From: Phyllosticta citribraziliensis
Lineage: Eukaryota
Reading direction: 5' to 3'
Length of the DNA: 64,000 bases
Assembly (NCBI RefSeq): GCF_038025025.1
Contig: NW_027117343.1
Coordinates: 930,001-994,000 of the forward strand
In this document: one piece after another, positions 47,677-60,468 of the stretch
Position numbering within the stretch: the stretch's first letter is position 1
How the letters are laid out: the number at the start of each line of letters is the position of its first letter
Translations under genes and position numbers: made by a program
Notes under the pieces: generated by a model
Seen by the model: the letters and a program-made list of their open reading frames with translations, nothing else
What the model was told of the DNA's origin: nothing
Databases searched by the model: none

Positions 47677-48384
47677 GCGAACAACCACTTAGACTTTGCA
47701 TAGAATTCGGACGAGAGGCCCTAGGTACTTGCTTTCCCACATGCTCATCCCTCTTCGCGGGGTAGATTTTCCTTTTCGCTCTGTCCCACGAGAAATATGG
47801 CACTGTAAACGTTTTTTTGTTGGATTCGATGGCTTTGCTTGGACTAAGACTCTAGATACTGACTCCACTCTTCAACTTTTCCGCGCCGAGCTCGCATGTT
47901 TGTTTGAGCATCAGCTTGGCCTTCTAGTCCTTTCACACAAGGCAGGAAACCAGTGGAAAGGACTTCTTGTAGCTCTCAGCTTCAATGGAGACGGTCATCA
48001 TGCTAGCTGCCCAGTAGGAGGGGCGTGCAGGGTGCGTGCCACGGCATGCTGCCAAAGGTTAGCATTTCGTACATAGTGAGGCGTAGAGCAGCATCTTCGT
48101 ACATAAGCTCGCGTATGGAAGTGGGTCTTTTCGTGCGTTGAGGTGGGCAAGCCAGAAAGGTTATTGCCGAACCTCCCCGAGTGGTTTCGTCCGGTTAGGA
48201 GGTAGATGGAGTGGAGGTCACGATCATCGTGTCTTGCACTGCGCATGAAGAGACTATGCGTCTGGATTGGGACTTTCAACTTCCGGGATAGCGTATTTCT
48301 AAGGGTAGGTCTACTGGGGAATCCATGACCATCTTACTGCAAATGACCGTTTATGTTCACCAACTTCTGGGGTTTGTGCTGGGC

Positions 48385-48950
48385 TTAAGAATTGTTGAGA
48401 GGTATCCTAGACATTAGAAGTCAGTAATACTGCATTAAAGGAATTTAGTGAAAACTCACCACCAGGTGGCACCAATTAGACTCGCAGCAAGTGCAATGTG
48501 TGAGACTCGGTAGATCCACCGGACCTCGCGTTGCTTCGCTGGCTTCAGTATGTCCTGAACTTCGCCGATGACTGAGTGGAGCGCCATGCTGGCGGCGACA
48601 CATCCATGGTGAAGGGCAATCGAAGGCGTCGGATGTTTGGCCATGATGGAGACAAAGGCGATTACCCATGCGAGTTGAAGAGCTGTGGCCGAGACTCGGA
48701 AGATGTTGCAGCTCTGACGGCAGTACCAATGCTTGCATTCAGCCTCTGATGGGTGCTCATTTGGCTCGCATTCCTTAACATTTCTGAGCGATGCAGCCTG
48801 CCTCTTAGGCCGTGTTGGTGAAGCCGAGCGATTTGGAATTTTGATGTGTCCGTTGCTGGGCATAGTGTGTAGCTCAGTATTTGGATGTGCGTGGGTAACT
48901 TGATGAGTGTGTGCGGCGTATGGTGGAGGAGAAGAGTTGAGGCTCGCCAT
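48385..48950 (-). CDS. Hypothetical small membrane protein (about 3 TM)
   Basis: caacATG at 48950 with TATATA about 55 nt upstream; three hydrophobic segments; probable intron 48459-48407 (GTGAGT...CTAAT...TAG) giving the end WWIPLNNS*. Confidence 0.55.
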
Positions 48951-50116
48951 GTTGAGACCTGAGTTGCCAAAGAGTTAGGAAGGAAGTAGCGAGTCTAAGA
49001 CATATATACCTTCCAGAGCTCAACAAAGAGTGAAGCTACCACGGGAGCCTCACCCTGCGCTCCTTCACCCACAGAGCTAGGGATGACGACCGAGGGGCGG
49101 CTGATGTTTCCAATGGGAATGGACGACAGGCTATGCCGCTGCAAAACGCCCAGGAATTGGATCACGAGCAAGTCGTTCGACAGAAAACCCCAGCAAAGCT
49201 TCCAGGTCATGGAAACACTGCGAGAAGGGGTGCTGCCTTCTGGGAAAAGACGTGGAGAAGTGACCTCCCTGGTCAAGGGTCATCAGCATCAAAGCCTCAC
49301 AGCTCTTGAATCGGATGGTGCGAGCATGTGTGCTAGACGGTCACGGTCGGTTTGATCTAGGTGGGAGGCACTGATGAGGGCGGTGGTGCGGATTGAAGTC
49401 AAGTGCCTGATTGAGGTTGGCAAGTTTCATAGAGGGCAATGCGCACCTCGAAAGTGATGGCGCTCCCGCAGTGCAAAGAGAGGTGAAAAAGGAGAAGTAC
49501 AGAGTACAAAGTCAAAGACTTGATACCCAATCCCGATCCCAACTCAATGAGGTTCCTTGCTGTTGGTACTCGGAGTCCCCGCGGCGTCTCCCAGGCGCGG
49601 CACGGAAGACAAAAAGGACGACGCCATGCATGGGGACAGTGTGCGCGGCAGATTGGAGTGGATGTAGAGGCTCGGTAAGCTGGAGCTGTTGGTGAGGTCG
49701 GTGTTGGTTCCCACCTGGGCAGAAGAATGCGGCCGAGTGAGGCCCAGCAGGTGGTGCGTCGCCTCTGATATGCCCCGTCACGTTGTCAGCTTTTTATTTA
49801 CCCTGGTGCTTTCCCAATTCATCCACTTTACATTACGCGAGCCATCAGACGGTCAACCTCGCATCAGGTCCCTCGACCTCACCCAAACAACCTTGACCTC
49901 CTCACCCCTCTTTCCCTTCCCTCGCACCCCCTCCACTCTTGGGTTTCCCTCGGCGCCTCTGTGGGTCTTGTGAACGGCAACGGCTGGCTCCCTCGTCTGC
50001 TTCGAGGTTCCTGCACCCACCACCCACCCGCCGCCGTCCCTTTCTGCGCGCCAGCTCCGCATCTTGTTCTGCTCCCGTCGCCCACTGCACACGACGAGCC
50101 CTGCGATCGCTGCGCC

Positions 50117-53100
50117 ATGGGCGACGCCAACACCGCCGTCCACTCCACCGCGCGCCAACCCTCGCCGCAGTCCGACCTCTCCATCCTGTCGCACATTACT
50201 GGCCCCGAAGCCGTGTCCTCCATTGATGCTTCCCTAGCGCCCTCGTCCACCCCGGACACGAGTCAGGCAGACACGTCGAGCGTCAACTCGGACGCGCCCA
50301 AGGCGAATAATGAGCAATCCGCCCTCCAGCGCCGCCAAAGCACCAGGACACGTGCCGTCGTCGCGACATACAATGACAAAGAGTTGGCCGGCACGCGTCT
50401 ACACACGCCGCGGAAATACCTCAAGGGCGCTGCAGCCTCCTCCAAACCGCAAAGCCCCGCCAGCCTCCACCCGCCTCCTACGACCCCGGCAGCCGTCGAG
50501 TCCGCCGATAATGGCGGGCAGCTAGGGAACGATGCAGTTGAGACTGAAACCGTCGAGACCACTACAATCGAGATTGAGGAGCGAAAGGAGACTTCAGCGC
50601 CAACGCCGGAATCGGAAGAGCCCGAACTGGCCGCACAGCGTCGAGCGAGCAGTCGGCGTCGGGCGACCATCGCAACGTACAATGACAAGGAGAATGCTGG
50701 AACACGCATACACACGCCGACCAAATACATTGATGGCACATACATTCGCAAATCGTTGTCAGATGGCCTGCCTGGTCAGACACCTTTGGCTGGGTCCGAG
50801 TCGGTGGGCAGATCGAGCTCAACCAAAAGGCCGCAAAGCAGCTTGCGCAAATCATACACTGCGGACCAATTGGAGCAGGACTCTGTGGGTGATGTGCTAG
50901 GCAAAAACAGTCCTGCGTCTGGTCAGAGGGACCCGAAGCGCGCTGCGGGCAAAGGCAGTCAAGGCCCCAGAGCCATTTTCCTGGCCTCCTCGAAGCGCAA
51001 AAACGCAGCTTCGAGGAAGCACGTTGGCGAAGGGCACGGCGACTCTGATGACTCCGACAGCGACATTTCCTTCGCCAGAGTCAAATCTTCCACCAAGAAG
51101 AGCCCGGTCAAGAGGGGTTCGGCGCACGGAAAACGTCCTGTCAAGCGCCAGAGAATCATCGAACCATCCCCTGAAACCGACCTGGACTCGGCTCGCATCA
51201 CTGAAATCAAGGAAGGGCCTTGGCGAAAGCCGTGGCTCAACGCTGGCAAATTTCACAACACTGGCCAAGACGATTTCGTTGGAAGGTTGAGCGCAGTCAT
51301 TGGCCACAAGCCCAAAAAGGCTACCGAGGCCGATCGCGAGCAGCAGAACCCACTTTTTCCCATGCCCATGTTTTCCATGGCCGAGAAGCTTGACCTATAC
51401 CCCAAAAAGAAGTTGCCGGAACACAAACGTCCCTTCGAACCATTCCAACTACCTTTCGAGGTATTCAGCCCACTGCCAAGGGAGATCAAGGTCAAGGATT
51501 GGCGCGATTTGAAGAGGAGTGAGTCTTGTACTTTCCAAGGAATTGACCAGTACTAATGGTGTTGTAGATGAGTACAAGGGCGAAGATGCTCAAGAAACAC
51601 GCGCCAGGGCCAAGGAGCAAAGAAAACAGGCCCGTCAGATGGAAGCCTCCAAGTGCAACTGCATCGACAAGTGTGACCGCGACAACTGTTTCAATGCTGT
51701 CCTGTTCTTCGAATGCGATGACAGTAGTTGTAACGTTGGGCGCCATTGCGGAAACCGCCAGTTCACCGACCTTCGCAAGCGACAGCAAGATGATCGTGGG
51801 TTGTGGCACAATAAGTACAACATTGGGGTTGAAGTCATGGAAACCCCGAACCGCGGACATGGCGTGCGTGCCATGCGCACATTCAACAAAGACCAGATTG
51901 TGATTGAGTACATTGGCGAGATCATCACTCAGCAAGAGAGTGACCGGCGTGTGAGAGAAGTGTACAAGGATCACAAGGTATGTCCCATATGTTTGCGCAT
52001 TCCTTGGATGCTAATACCTGGAAGTGTTTTTATTTGATGAACTTTTACGACAAGCTCATCATAGATGGCTTTCGTGGCAACATTGCCCGCTTTGTCAACC
52101 ATTCATGCAACCCCAACTGCCGCATGGAAAAGTGGACGGTCAACGGAGAAGTAAGAATGGCACTCTTTGCGGACCGCTACATCATGACTGGGGAGGAGTT
52201 GACATGGCACTACAACTTTGAGTGAGTACCCTTTTCGATGACCCTTGAACCAATATCAGTGCCTAACAGAAGCTACCAGATCGTATGGCCAAGAGCAGCC
52301 GTGCTATTGTGGCAGTGTCAACTGTGCGGGTGTCATCGGTCGTCAAGTGCGCAACAAGCCTGTCAAGGAGATGAGAGAGCCACCCTCTGGCAACAAACGC
52401 AAAGTCGCCCGGTCACCGGTCAAACCGAACAAAAAGCCCAAATTGACGACAATTGCGGCCGCCGCCTCATCGACGGTTAAGAACATTTACTCCAAGACCA
52501 AGTCAAGCGTTGGCGGTCTCTTGGGAGCTGCTGAAGATACTCCTGCTCCCCCGAAGAAAAATCAGGAGAAGGATGGCCGAGCCGAAAGGGCAGCGAGGAG
52601 GTCACTTGCTATCCAGCAGGCGGAAGATGATGAAGATGATGACGACGACGAAGAAGAAGAAGAGGAAGACGAGGAGGAAGAGGAAGAGTCTTCGGATGAT
52701 ATGCGCACTACCAGGGCCCGCGCTGCGCGACGGCCGTCGACCGCAAGTCCTCAGAAGAAGAGTCCGGCCAAAAGGGTTGTCAGCAAGAGCACGACCAGGG
52801 TCACAGAACTGACAAGATCTTCGTCCCGCCGCAAGTCGAGCACGAGGGTCTCACGCACTCAAGAAGCCAAGGAAATCCCCGAGACGCCGCAACAGGAGAC
52901 ACCTGAACCACTCGACACACCGACTCCTGCCGATACAGCACCTGTCGCTGAAAATCCCGCTGCCATTCTGCCAGAGCTTCCATTTCCCAAGCCTCAGACG
53001 CCCTTTGCGCCGGCCTCGTCGTTGAGAAAGAGCAGCAGCTTCAACTCCGAAGCTCCTGCTTCAGCCCCCTTCGGGTTGAAGCAAACGACTATCTCTTTCA

Positions 53101-53231
53101 TCGGCAACGCTTTCGGATGGACGAGGGAAAATCCCAAGCCAGAGCCGGCGACCAAGGTCTTGAAGAAGAAGTCCTCCCAGGACTTGGCCGCCAAGGCAGG
53201 CGGGAAGAAGGGGAACAGGCGGAACGTCTAG
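50117..53231 (+). CDS. ash1: AWS-SET-postSET histone lysine methyltransferase (fungal ASH1-like, H3K36)
   Basis: Cys-rich AWS (CNC..CDRDNCFN..FFECDDSSC..CGNRQF), RGHGVRA, EYIGEII, GNIARFVNHSCNPNC, GEELTWHYNF, postSET CYCGSVNCAG. Introns ~51519-51567, 51978-52024, 52222-52279. No WW/SRI tail typical of Set2. Confidence 0.85.
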
Positions 53232-54782
53232 TCAGGCCTCTAATTGTTGCCCACAAACCAAACTGACTGGCTTTGCGTGTTTCCAGAGGTCATGCCAGCG
53301 AAACGGGAGCTGGCAGTTATACCCACTGCTCAATCAGTCTGAACTCGGGGCAGCGATCGAAATGCGTCCCATGCTATCTACTTGCTCTCTACCTATCGGA
53401 TGTTATTGCCTGCATGTCTTCCACCACCACTGGGTCCAACGACGAGGTCCATCCATCCCCCGCGACTGTTTTTCGCGGCATTTTCGGCCTGGTCTCACCT
53501 CAGCTTTTTTCTTCCCGGTGCTACTACATTACAGCTTTTTAGATGCGTACGGTGTTTGTTTTTTCCTTTCCTTCTCGGTCCTGTCACCATCCAGCCTGCC
53601 CCACGCATGCGCCTTGCCGTCAAATGCTCGCCTTCGCGACCCTGGAACCCACCCTGCCTGGCCGATACTCGATGACAACATCAGCGGATGGACAGAGGGA
53701 GAGATTGAGGAGGTGGACGAGCGGGAGGACGGGGGTCGTCGCTGGGTAGTGGAATTGCATCTTTCCTTGTTTTCCTTCCTTGTCTAGGTAGGTAGTCACT
53801 GGCGTCCAGGCGGAGGAGGGATCGGCGGCATGTTTGTAGAGCTGGTGGCAGCGACGACGACGATGCGTTCGTTGGCTGGGAGGGATGGAGGGACAGAGGG
53901 ACAGAGGGCGGGCGGGCGGGGCTGCTGCGCGTGGCGTAATGCGAGGACATGTGGTACTACTGCACGGGCGTTCTGCTTTCTCGATCGAGGTACGAATAAT
54001 TGATGTTTTTGTTTCGGCTGTGGGATCGCCTTTACTTGGCTACGCGCACGTGTTCATCTCGTGGAAAGCCGAAGGAAGCTGACGACGACCGACAGGACGC
54101 AAGACAGGCTGGCTCAACTGTCGACTCAAGAAGATGGGCTTCACGCAAACTAAACTGCACTCACTCACTGGACGACTTCTTTCCGGGCCGCCGGGATTGA
54201 ACTAAGATTATGGAACCACTGGGTCCTGCTGTGCTCTGTCTGATGCGACCCCAAGTAAGATGCGACAAACAGTCACAGACCGCTATACTATGTACTTGCA
54301 CGCGCGCGACGCAGCCGATGCATCTCTTTTCTCTCTCCCTCCCCATATCCCTACAGCAACCAGCCAACCCATCTGCACCTGTCTGTCTAAGAGCCGCTCT
54401 CCCTCTCCTAAAAAACTTGGCAAAGTAAAGTGACGCCACCGCAACGGCAGGACGTGATGATGATCGTTGAGCAACGAATCAGTCGACGAGCAGAAGGAAA
54501 GGAAGCAAAGAAAGAAGCTACCGTACAGAAGGCACTAGACGTGCCAGCCACAGCACCATCAGGATGCAAACGACGAACAAGAAGAAGAAGAAGAAGAAGG
54601 GGAAGAAGGGCAAGAAGAGCGAGGGGAAAATTTGGACGAGAAAAAAAAAGCGAGCATGTGTACAAAAAGAAGTTCCTGCGAACGTAATGTTCTAAAGGCG
54701 CAGCTCCAGACGAGAGAAAGGGAAGAAAACGCGGTGAAAAGAGACACCAAATTAATGCCAAACCGTCAACTCTCTCTCCGTC

Positions 54783-56902
54783 TCAGTTGGTGGTGGCCGA
54801 TGTGCCCGTGGTCAATTCCTGCCGCTGGGCACCGCTGTCACGACGAACGCTCACATCTCGCATTTCGACGCCGCCATTCTTGTCGTCTTGTCTGTACTTC
54901 TCGGCCTCCTTCCTCTTGCGGTCCCCGAATCGCTGGTCGCCTTCCTCGTAACGTTTCTTAAACGCCAGATAAGTTGGGCCACGAGGACGACACAAGACCG
55001 CGCAGATGTTGTGCCAGAACGTCTTTTGGGTAAATGGGCGGTGACGGTCCTTTTTCAAGAATTTGTGGCTGTTGAGGTACTCGCGAGTCGTCTCGCCGCG
55101 CCACATGAGCATCAGGTGATATCCCCACAAACTGGCTGGGTACCAAGACACGAGGATGCCATAGACCATCATGGCAAAGGGGACGCGGAATTTGGAGATG
55201 GCGTCGCCAAAAGTACGGTCCGGCTCTTGTTTTTGCCAGACTAGGAGGTGCGCGAGAGAAGCCCCAAAGAGCATGAATCCCAGAAGCGTGCCGGCACTGA
55301 CAAAGACGAAAAAGTACCGGTAATTTCGGCGTCCCACGCAGTTGTTGAGCCAAACGCAATGGTGGTCCTGTGTTTCGATACAATTGTCACACATGCGACA
55401 GTGGTGGGCGCGCGGCGGACGCCAAATGTTGCAAGACTTGCAGTACTTGGTAGGGACTTCCATGGCAGATGTCGACGGGCTGGCGGATGTCACCATGATC
55501 CATTCAGTGGTCGGGGGCCCAACAGCGAGGGGGTCTTCGGAGGGATCAGGAGGAGGGAACGGGTGGAGGTTGCGCGGTAGAATCTGCGAGCACGTCAGAC
55601 TTTGTTTCTTTGGTGAGTCAAGGGCATACTTACGCCGGGATCAGAAACCGAGGCATGGACGAAGGAAGAGACGGTGATTAAAAACAAATAAGCAAACACA
55701 ATGGGTATCGATGGAGAAACGTGAAGCCAAAGCCAAGGGGCTCTGCAGAAAGATTAGTCTCGAGCAGCGGGACAGTGTACATGTACTTACGAGAAGATGA
55801 AGAAAAGTACAGATGGGGCAATGGCAAGCAGAGCCGTTGCGATGCTGATCGGACGAGCTCTTGTGTTCAAAAGTCTACCTCCGAAGCAGAAGACGGTGTT
55901 CCCGGTAAAGTACTCATAGTTTCTGCCGAGGCGCAGTGACTTGTTGCTCTTTGATCCAGTCGACGCCGTGGCATTTCCACGCGATGGTCCTAGTTTGGGA
56001 GACGAGGCTGCCGATGATAGTTTTTCATGGCCTTGGCCTTGGGGCCTCACGGATCCAGAATTGTTGTTTCTTCCTCCAAGCATGAAGCTTGAGCGGAAAC
56101 TGGAGCTACGCGGCGATCTTTGGTGGGCGCTCTGTTCGGGGTTCGACCTATTGGTGCGGGTGAGATCTAGCTGTGCAGGGGCCTTTGGGTGTTGAAGAGG
56201 AGTTATGCTCTCTCCATCGCGGCTGCGGAGCGTGTTCGGATTTGTAGATGCAGCGGTTCCTGCTTCCTGGTCCTTGAGGAATTCATGGTCGCTGAACTCG
56301 GTTCCTCGAGAAGGGGGCGGGCGGATTTCCATGCCCAGCTCATTAAACTCCGACTCTTGCGGTGCTTGGCTCGAGGTCAAGCTGTTGCGATATGATACAT
56401 TTCTGACATCGCTCTGCCCGTCATGGGAAAGAGACGTGCGTCCCACAATCGAAGATGGCCGTTGTCCGCGTTGACCTTGGAGCCTCTGTGCGCTCATGGG
56501 ATGGAAAAAGGCAGATGGCTGGATTCCCGACACATGCGACCTGCTCTGAGACGTGGGCGGTCGATTACTACCACTCCTCGCGCTTTCCGACGTACTTCCA
56601 GGTTGTTGCGAAGCGCGGCCTCGCGAGGGAGGAGGACGTGACCATGCCGATGCTCTGCGGTTTCCGTTGGTTGACATGGACGAAGGCCGCGACGGGGGTA
56701 GACCTGGCTCGCCCGGTGGACCGGTCATGCCTTGGATGCGCGAACGCGCGCTCCCCGGCCGCTCGTCGCCATCTTCAGAAGCAATGTCGGTCATGCGGGA
56801 GGATATTATGCTGGGAGCGCCATTGTTGCCGGAGGGCACCTCGAGAGGCGTCGGGAAGGTGTTGGAGGAGCCGGTGGTTGGCCGGGCACCCGAAGTGGCC
56901 AT
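54783..56902 (-). CDS. ERF2: DHHC palmitoyltransferase Erf2
   Basis: GRNYEYFTGNTVFCFGGR, SDPGILPRNLH, KYCKSCNIWRPPRAHHCRMCDNCIETQDHHCVWLNNCVGRRNYRYF, TTRE motif. Introns ~55790-55745 and ~55633-55583. Confidence 0.94.
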
Positions 56903-57253
56903 GGGGGGCGCTCAGGACGGGTTCGGGGGTTGAAGTTGTTTGGTAGTTGTAGAAGATTTGGCGTGCGCGCGGTGCGGTGGAGGCGTCGGGTGAGAGAGGC
57001 GTCGAAGGGAGTGAGGTCAGCGCATGCATGACCTGGAGTCGAAGGGAACCGGAGAGGGCGGTGGAGCGTGCGGTGGAGCGGAAAAGAGGGTTAAACAGGG
57101 CCGGTCGAGGCACACAAGGAGAGATGGTGGATGCGGAGGGAGCGCGGGTGCCTTGAGGCAGAGTCAAAGAGGGAACGACGTTCTAGAGGAACGACATGAC
57201 GGTGATGCAGAGAGTTTTTGCAGGGAATGAACGAAGGGAGGGAGCGACGGGAG

Positions 57254-57305
57254 AGAGAGCAGAGAGCAGAGTGCAGAGTGCAGAGTGCAGAGTGCAGGCA
57301 GAGTG
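57254..57305. repeat. (CAGAGTG)n heptamer microsatellite in divergent promoter / ERF2 leader
   Basis: agagcagagagcagagtgcagagtgcagagtgcagagtgcaggcagagtg. Confidence 0.85.
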
Positions 57306-57643
57306 ACGGGGCGGGAGGGTGCGTCAACCACTACCTGTATTCGGTTGGATTGGCTGGACCCGGCAACCAATTATTGTGATTACCCCAATACACCGCGCAC
57401 AGACCAATGGGCGACGACTTTTCCATTCCTTTGTAATTCCGCTCCGCCTAGTGGCTCCGCTGCGTTCCGTTCCGCCCTCATGTGATTTTTCTTGCCAAGG
57501 CCCGACTTCCGCCCGCCGCCCCCCGCCGCTCCCGCCGCGCCGCCGGCAACTCGACCGAACCTACCTGTACGTCGCCATCGCCTGAGAGTCTTCAACCTCC
57601 ACCATCCTTAGCCGTTTGCACCAACGAACGTCCCGCCCGCACC

Positions 57644-58332
57644 ATGTCCTTCGTCGCCCGCTCCGGTTTCCGCGCCCTCCGCGCCTCCCCTCGCGTCTCG
57701 CCCGTCCAGCGCCGTTTCGCATCAGATGTCGCCGACAAGGACGCCAGCAAGGATGCGCTGAGGAAGGCCGGCAAGAAGGATCCTGAGCTCTACGTACGCC
57801 GCCACTCCTCAATGCCGTGCGCACATGCCCACCAAACTGACTCGGCAATCTAGGTTCTCTGGACCATCATGGCCGGCGCCTTTGGCCTCGTTGGCTACTA
57901 CTTTTGTGCGTTCATTCCCGCCCGCGTCGAATCCTGTCACGCTCCCTCTGCCCCGACTCCAGCTGACGTCTGCCCACTCGATCTAGCCCGCAAGCCTACT
58001 TCCTCCACCTCTGAGAACCCCGTCGCCAAGGTCCCGGGCTCTGAGCCCTGGAACTCTGGCAGCCAGGGCAAGTACCAATACCACCCTGGCGGAGACACCA
58101 CCCAGGCTCCCCGCGAGGCTCCTTCGGCCCTGAACACCGTCATTATCCCCAACGTCAACCTCCCCAAGGTAAGAAAACATATTTTCTTAGGGCCGGACAG
58201 TGATCTTTTGGTCTCGTGGAGAAGCTGGCGTCGCAAAGACCCCTGGCGCTGGGCGCACGTTGGAAAGATTGCTAATACGCGTTGCAGGAGCTTCACGAGA
58301 AGTACAACAAGTGGGGCAAGGACGGCTACTAG
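57644..58332 (+). CDS. Small mitochondrial inner-membrane protein, MLRQ/B12D (NDUFA4-like)
   Basis: Presequence MSFVARSGFRALRA...RRFAS; KKDPELYVLWTIMAGAFGLVGYYF TM; EPW, KYQYHPGGD, PNVNLPKELHEKYNKWGKDGY*. Introns ~57794-57853, 57906-57986, 58169-58287. Confidence 0.7.
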
Positions 58333-58689
58333 AATGTACACCACTTGGAAATTTAGCGAAGGAGAGGGGGATTTTGATGAGGAGCCACCCTACCTATGTA
58401 CAGAGCATGGTCCAAGTTCTTTTCCCGTGCGGAGTAGACTTGAATTTGAGAAGTCTTGCTGATTTGCTTATGCTGCTCCAAATCATTCTTGCCCAGTGCA
58501 ATTTCATCCGTCAGAAGAGGCTTTCGCCGCAAGGCCAAGATTGCAAAGTAGAAACGACGACAAAGACCCATTTCAACACCTGTTCATGCCCATTCATTCC
58601 CCATCCCTAGCAAAAAGATCAGAAAGAAGCGGTGCAACTGCAACGCCACTCCCGTAGCCACCTCAAAACACCATGGTCGACACATTGTA

Positions 58690-59823
58690 TCAGAAAATAA
58701 AAGTATCCCTTCCTTCCTCAATCGCACGTGAGTATTTCTCGATCCGCACAGGCGTCCTCTCCCACAAGTCCAGGTTCACCCTCTGCGCCCTCTCCGGACG
58801 TCCATCCAAAAGCTCAGCGGCGCTGGCCCGAACAAACGCAACTTTCTCCATGTCCTTGATGAAATCGACCCAACTGGAGACGACTTGAATTCTTCTCGGC
58901 GTCGGGTCCAACGGCGTCCAGGACTCCAGTAGCACGACATGGTACGCTTGGAACTTGGCCAGAGTGCCCATGTGGCTAGCGATGAACCTCACGAGCGGGG
59001 CTTTCTCGACCGGGAAGAACTTGAGGCGCAAGCGCTTCAGACGTGGCAGTTTCTGGTCGGTCCCGGCGGTGGCTTCGGCCAGCGTTCGGAAAACCACGGG
59101 CGGGCCGGGGGCGCGCGGACGCTTTGATCCGGCGATGGTGAGGTCTTCGAGCATTGGGATGGCCTTGACGAAGGTGGGAAGCGCGTCATAGCAGCCTCGG
59201 TCGCGGTCCATTGAGGTGTTGAGCGAGATTGAAAGGGAGACGAGGCTTGCAAAGTTCTGCTGCAGCAAGGGACCAGCGCGAGCCATGACGGCTAGTGAAT
59301 CGAGTTTGAGTAGACCATCGCTCCAGCCTCTGAGGTCTGATGATTTGATTTCAATGGCCCGCAGCTGGTTGGGTGTGACGAGGAGGTGCAGGAAGATGTG
59401 CACAACTTGGTCCGAGGCCTCTTCGTGCTGCGCGTACCAGTCCTTGCTGCGCCTCTTCCAGTGGACGTTGCTATCTGCGCGCTTCACAGTCAGAGTTTCA
59501 AGATTGGGCAACGAGCTGAAGTAGTCGCGAAGCGTGTCGTAGATTCCGGAATGTTTGCTTGTGTGGTCTGCTGGGTTCAGAACAAGCCAGAGATGCTTGA
59601 TAGATTGGCAGATGCGCGGTTGAGTAACCAAGCGAGAGTAGCGTCGAACCCCGACGTCGGACACATCTATCGTCAACCTGGAGAGCCATGTTTTGGCACA
59701 GTGGCTCCACGTAGCTTCGCGCAGAAGGTGACAGCAGGATCTCAGCGCAAAAGCATCTTGCCTCTCCAGGTTCGCGACAATCAAGTCGATGAGCTCGTTG
59801 GAAAGGTCGAGAAGATGCGTCAT
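58690..59823 (-). CDS. F-box domain protein with degenerate leucine-rich repeats
   Basis: LLDLSNELIDLIVANL...FALRSCCHLLRE F-box signature; LPNLETLTV, LVSLSISL, LEDLTI, LPRLKRLRL repeats; 377-aa open frame. Confidence 0.75.
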   Translation of the reverse strand: MTHLLDLSNELIDLIVANLERQDAFALRSCCHLLREATWSHCAKTWLSRLTIDVSDVGVRRYSRLVTQPRICQSIKHLWLVLNPADHTSKHSGIYDTLRDYFSSLPNLETLTVKRADSNVHWKRRSKDWYAQHEEASDQVVHIFLHLLVTPNQLRAIEIKSSDLRGWSDGLLKLDSLAVMARAGPLLQQNFASLVSLSISLNTSMDRDRGCYDALPTFVKAIPMLEDLTIAGSKRPRAPGPPVVFRTLAEATAGTDQKLPRLKRLRLKFFPVEKAPLVRFIASHMGTLAKFQAYHVVLLESWTPLDPTPRRIQVVSSWVDFIKDMEKVAFVRASAAELLDGRPERAQRVNLDLWERTPVRIEKYSRAIEEGRDTFIF

Positions 59824-60468
59824 GTTGGTTCAGTCTCAACCTGACGCGTGCAACCAAATTTGGCACATGAATGCGCGTTCAGACAGTTAGTTTGTTGACC
59901 GAAGAAGGAAGGTGGACGGTGTTGTGTTGGAGGCTCCGGCTGGTGCTAGTGGCACATTGCGGCATCGGCGGAAGTGCCGGTCCGTCCGAGCGGGTAAGGC
60001 TGAGGCAAGGAAGCCAACCAAGCTCCTCAACGACAACCGAACAACCTTTTTCCTGACAGGTGCCGCAGTTCCTACATGTAGCTTGATCCATCCTTCCCAA
60101 CTCGCTTATCTCGGGAGATATTCCTTCGCGACAGGCTGATTCCCCACGACCGCGCTATGAAGCAGCCAGAATCCTCTCTATTCTTTCAAAGCAAAGCTGT
60201 CGTTCAAGCTCCCGCTTTGTGACTCTATTCAAAAATCCTAGCTATGCTGTTCCTACGATGCTTACTTACAAGCCCATGGTGACCATGCTACCAGTCTTCT
60301 GAGACCAAAACTTCACGTCATCAGCGCACGACATACCCCGCCCCATCGCCGTCCCAAAGAGGAAATTCAGCCGTCCACCTAACAGTTGCGCCATCTCTCG
60401 CCTTTTTGAATCATGCCACCAGCACACATTAACCAAACCCATTCTCACCCAATCTCCCTCTTCCCAAA

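Noticed and set aside
53300..54780. Short ORFs including an Arg-rich RRRRRRR frame
   Set aside because: Derived from (GAA)n and other low-complexity tracts in the convergent 3' regions of the SET gene and ERF2.
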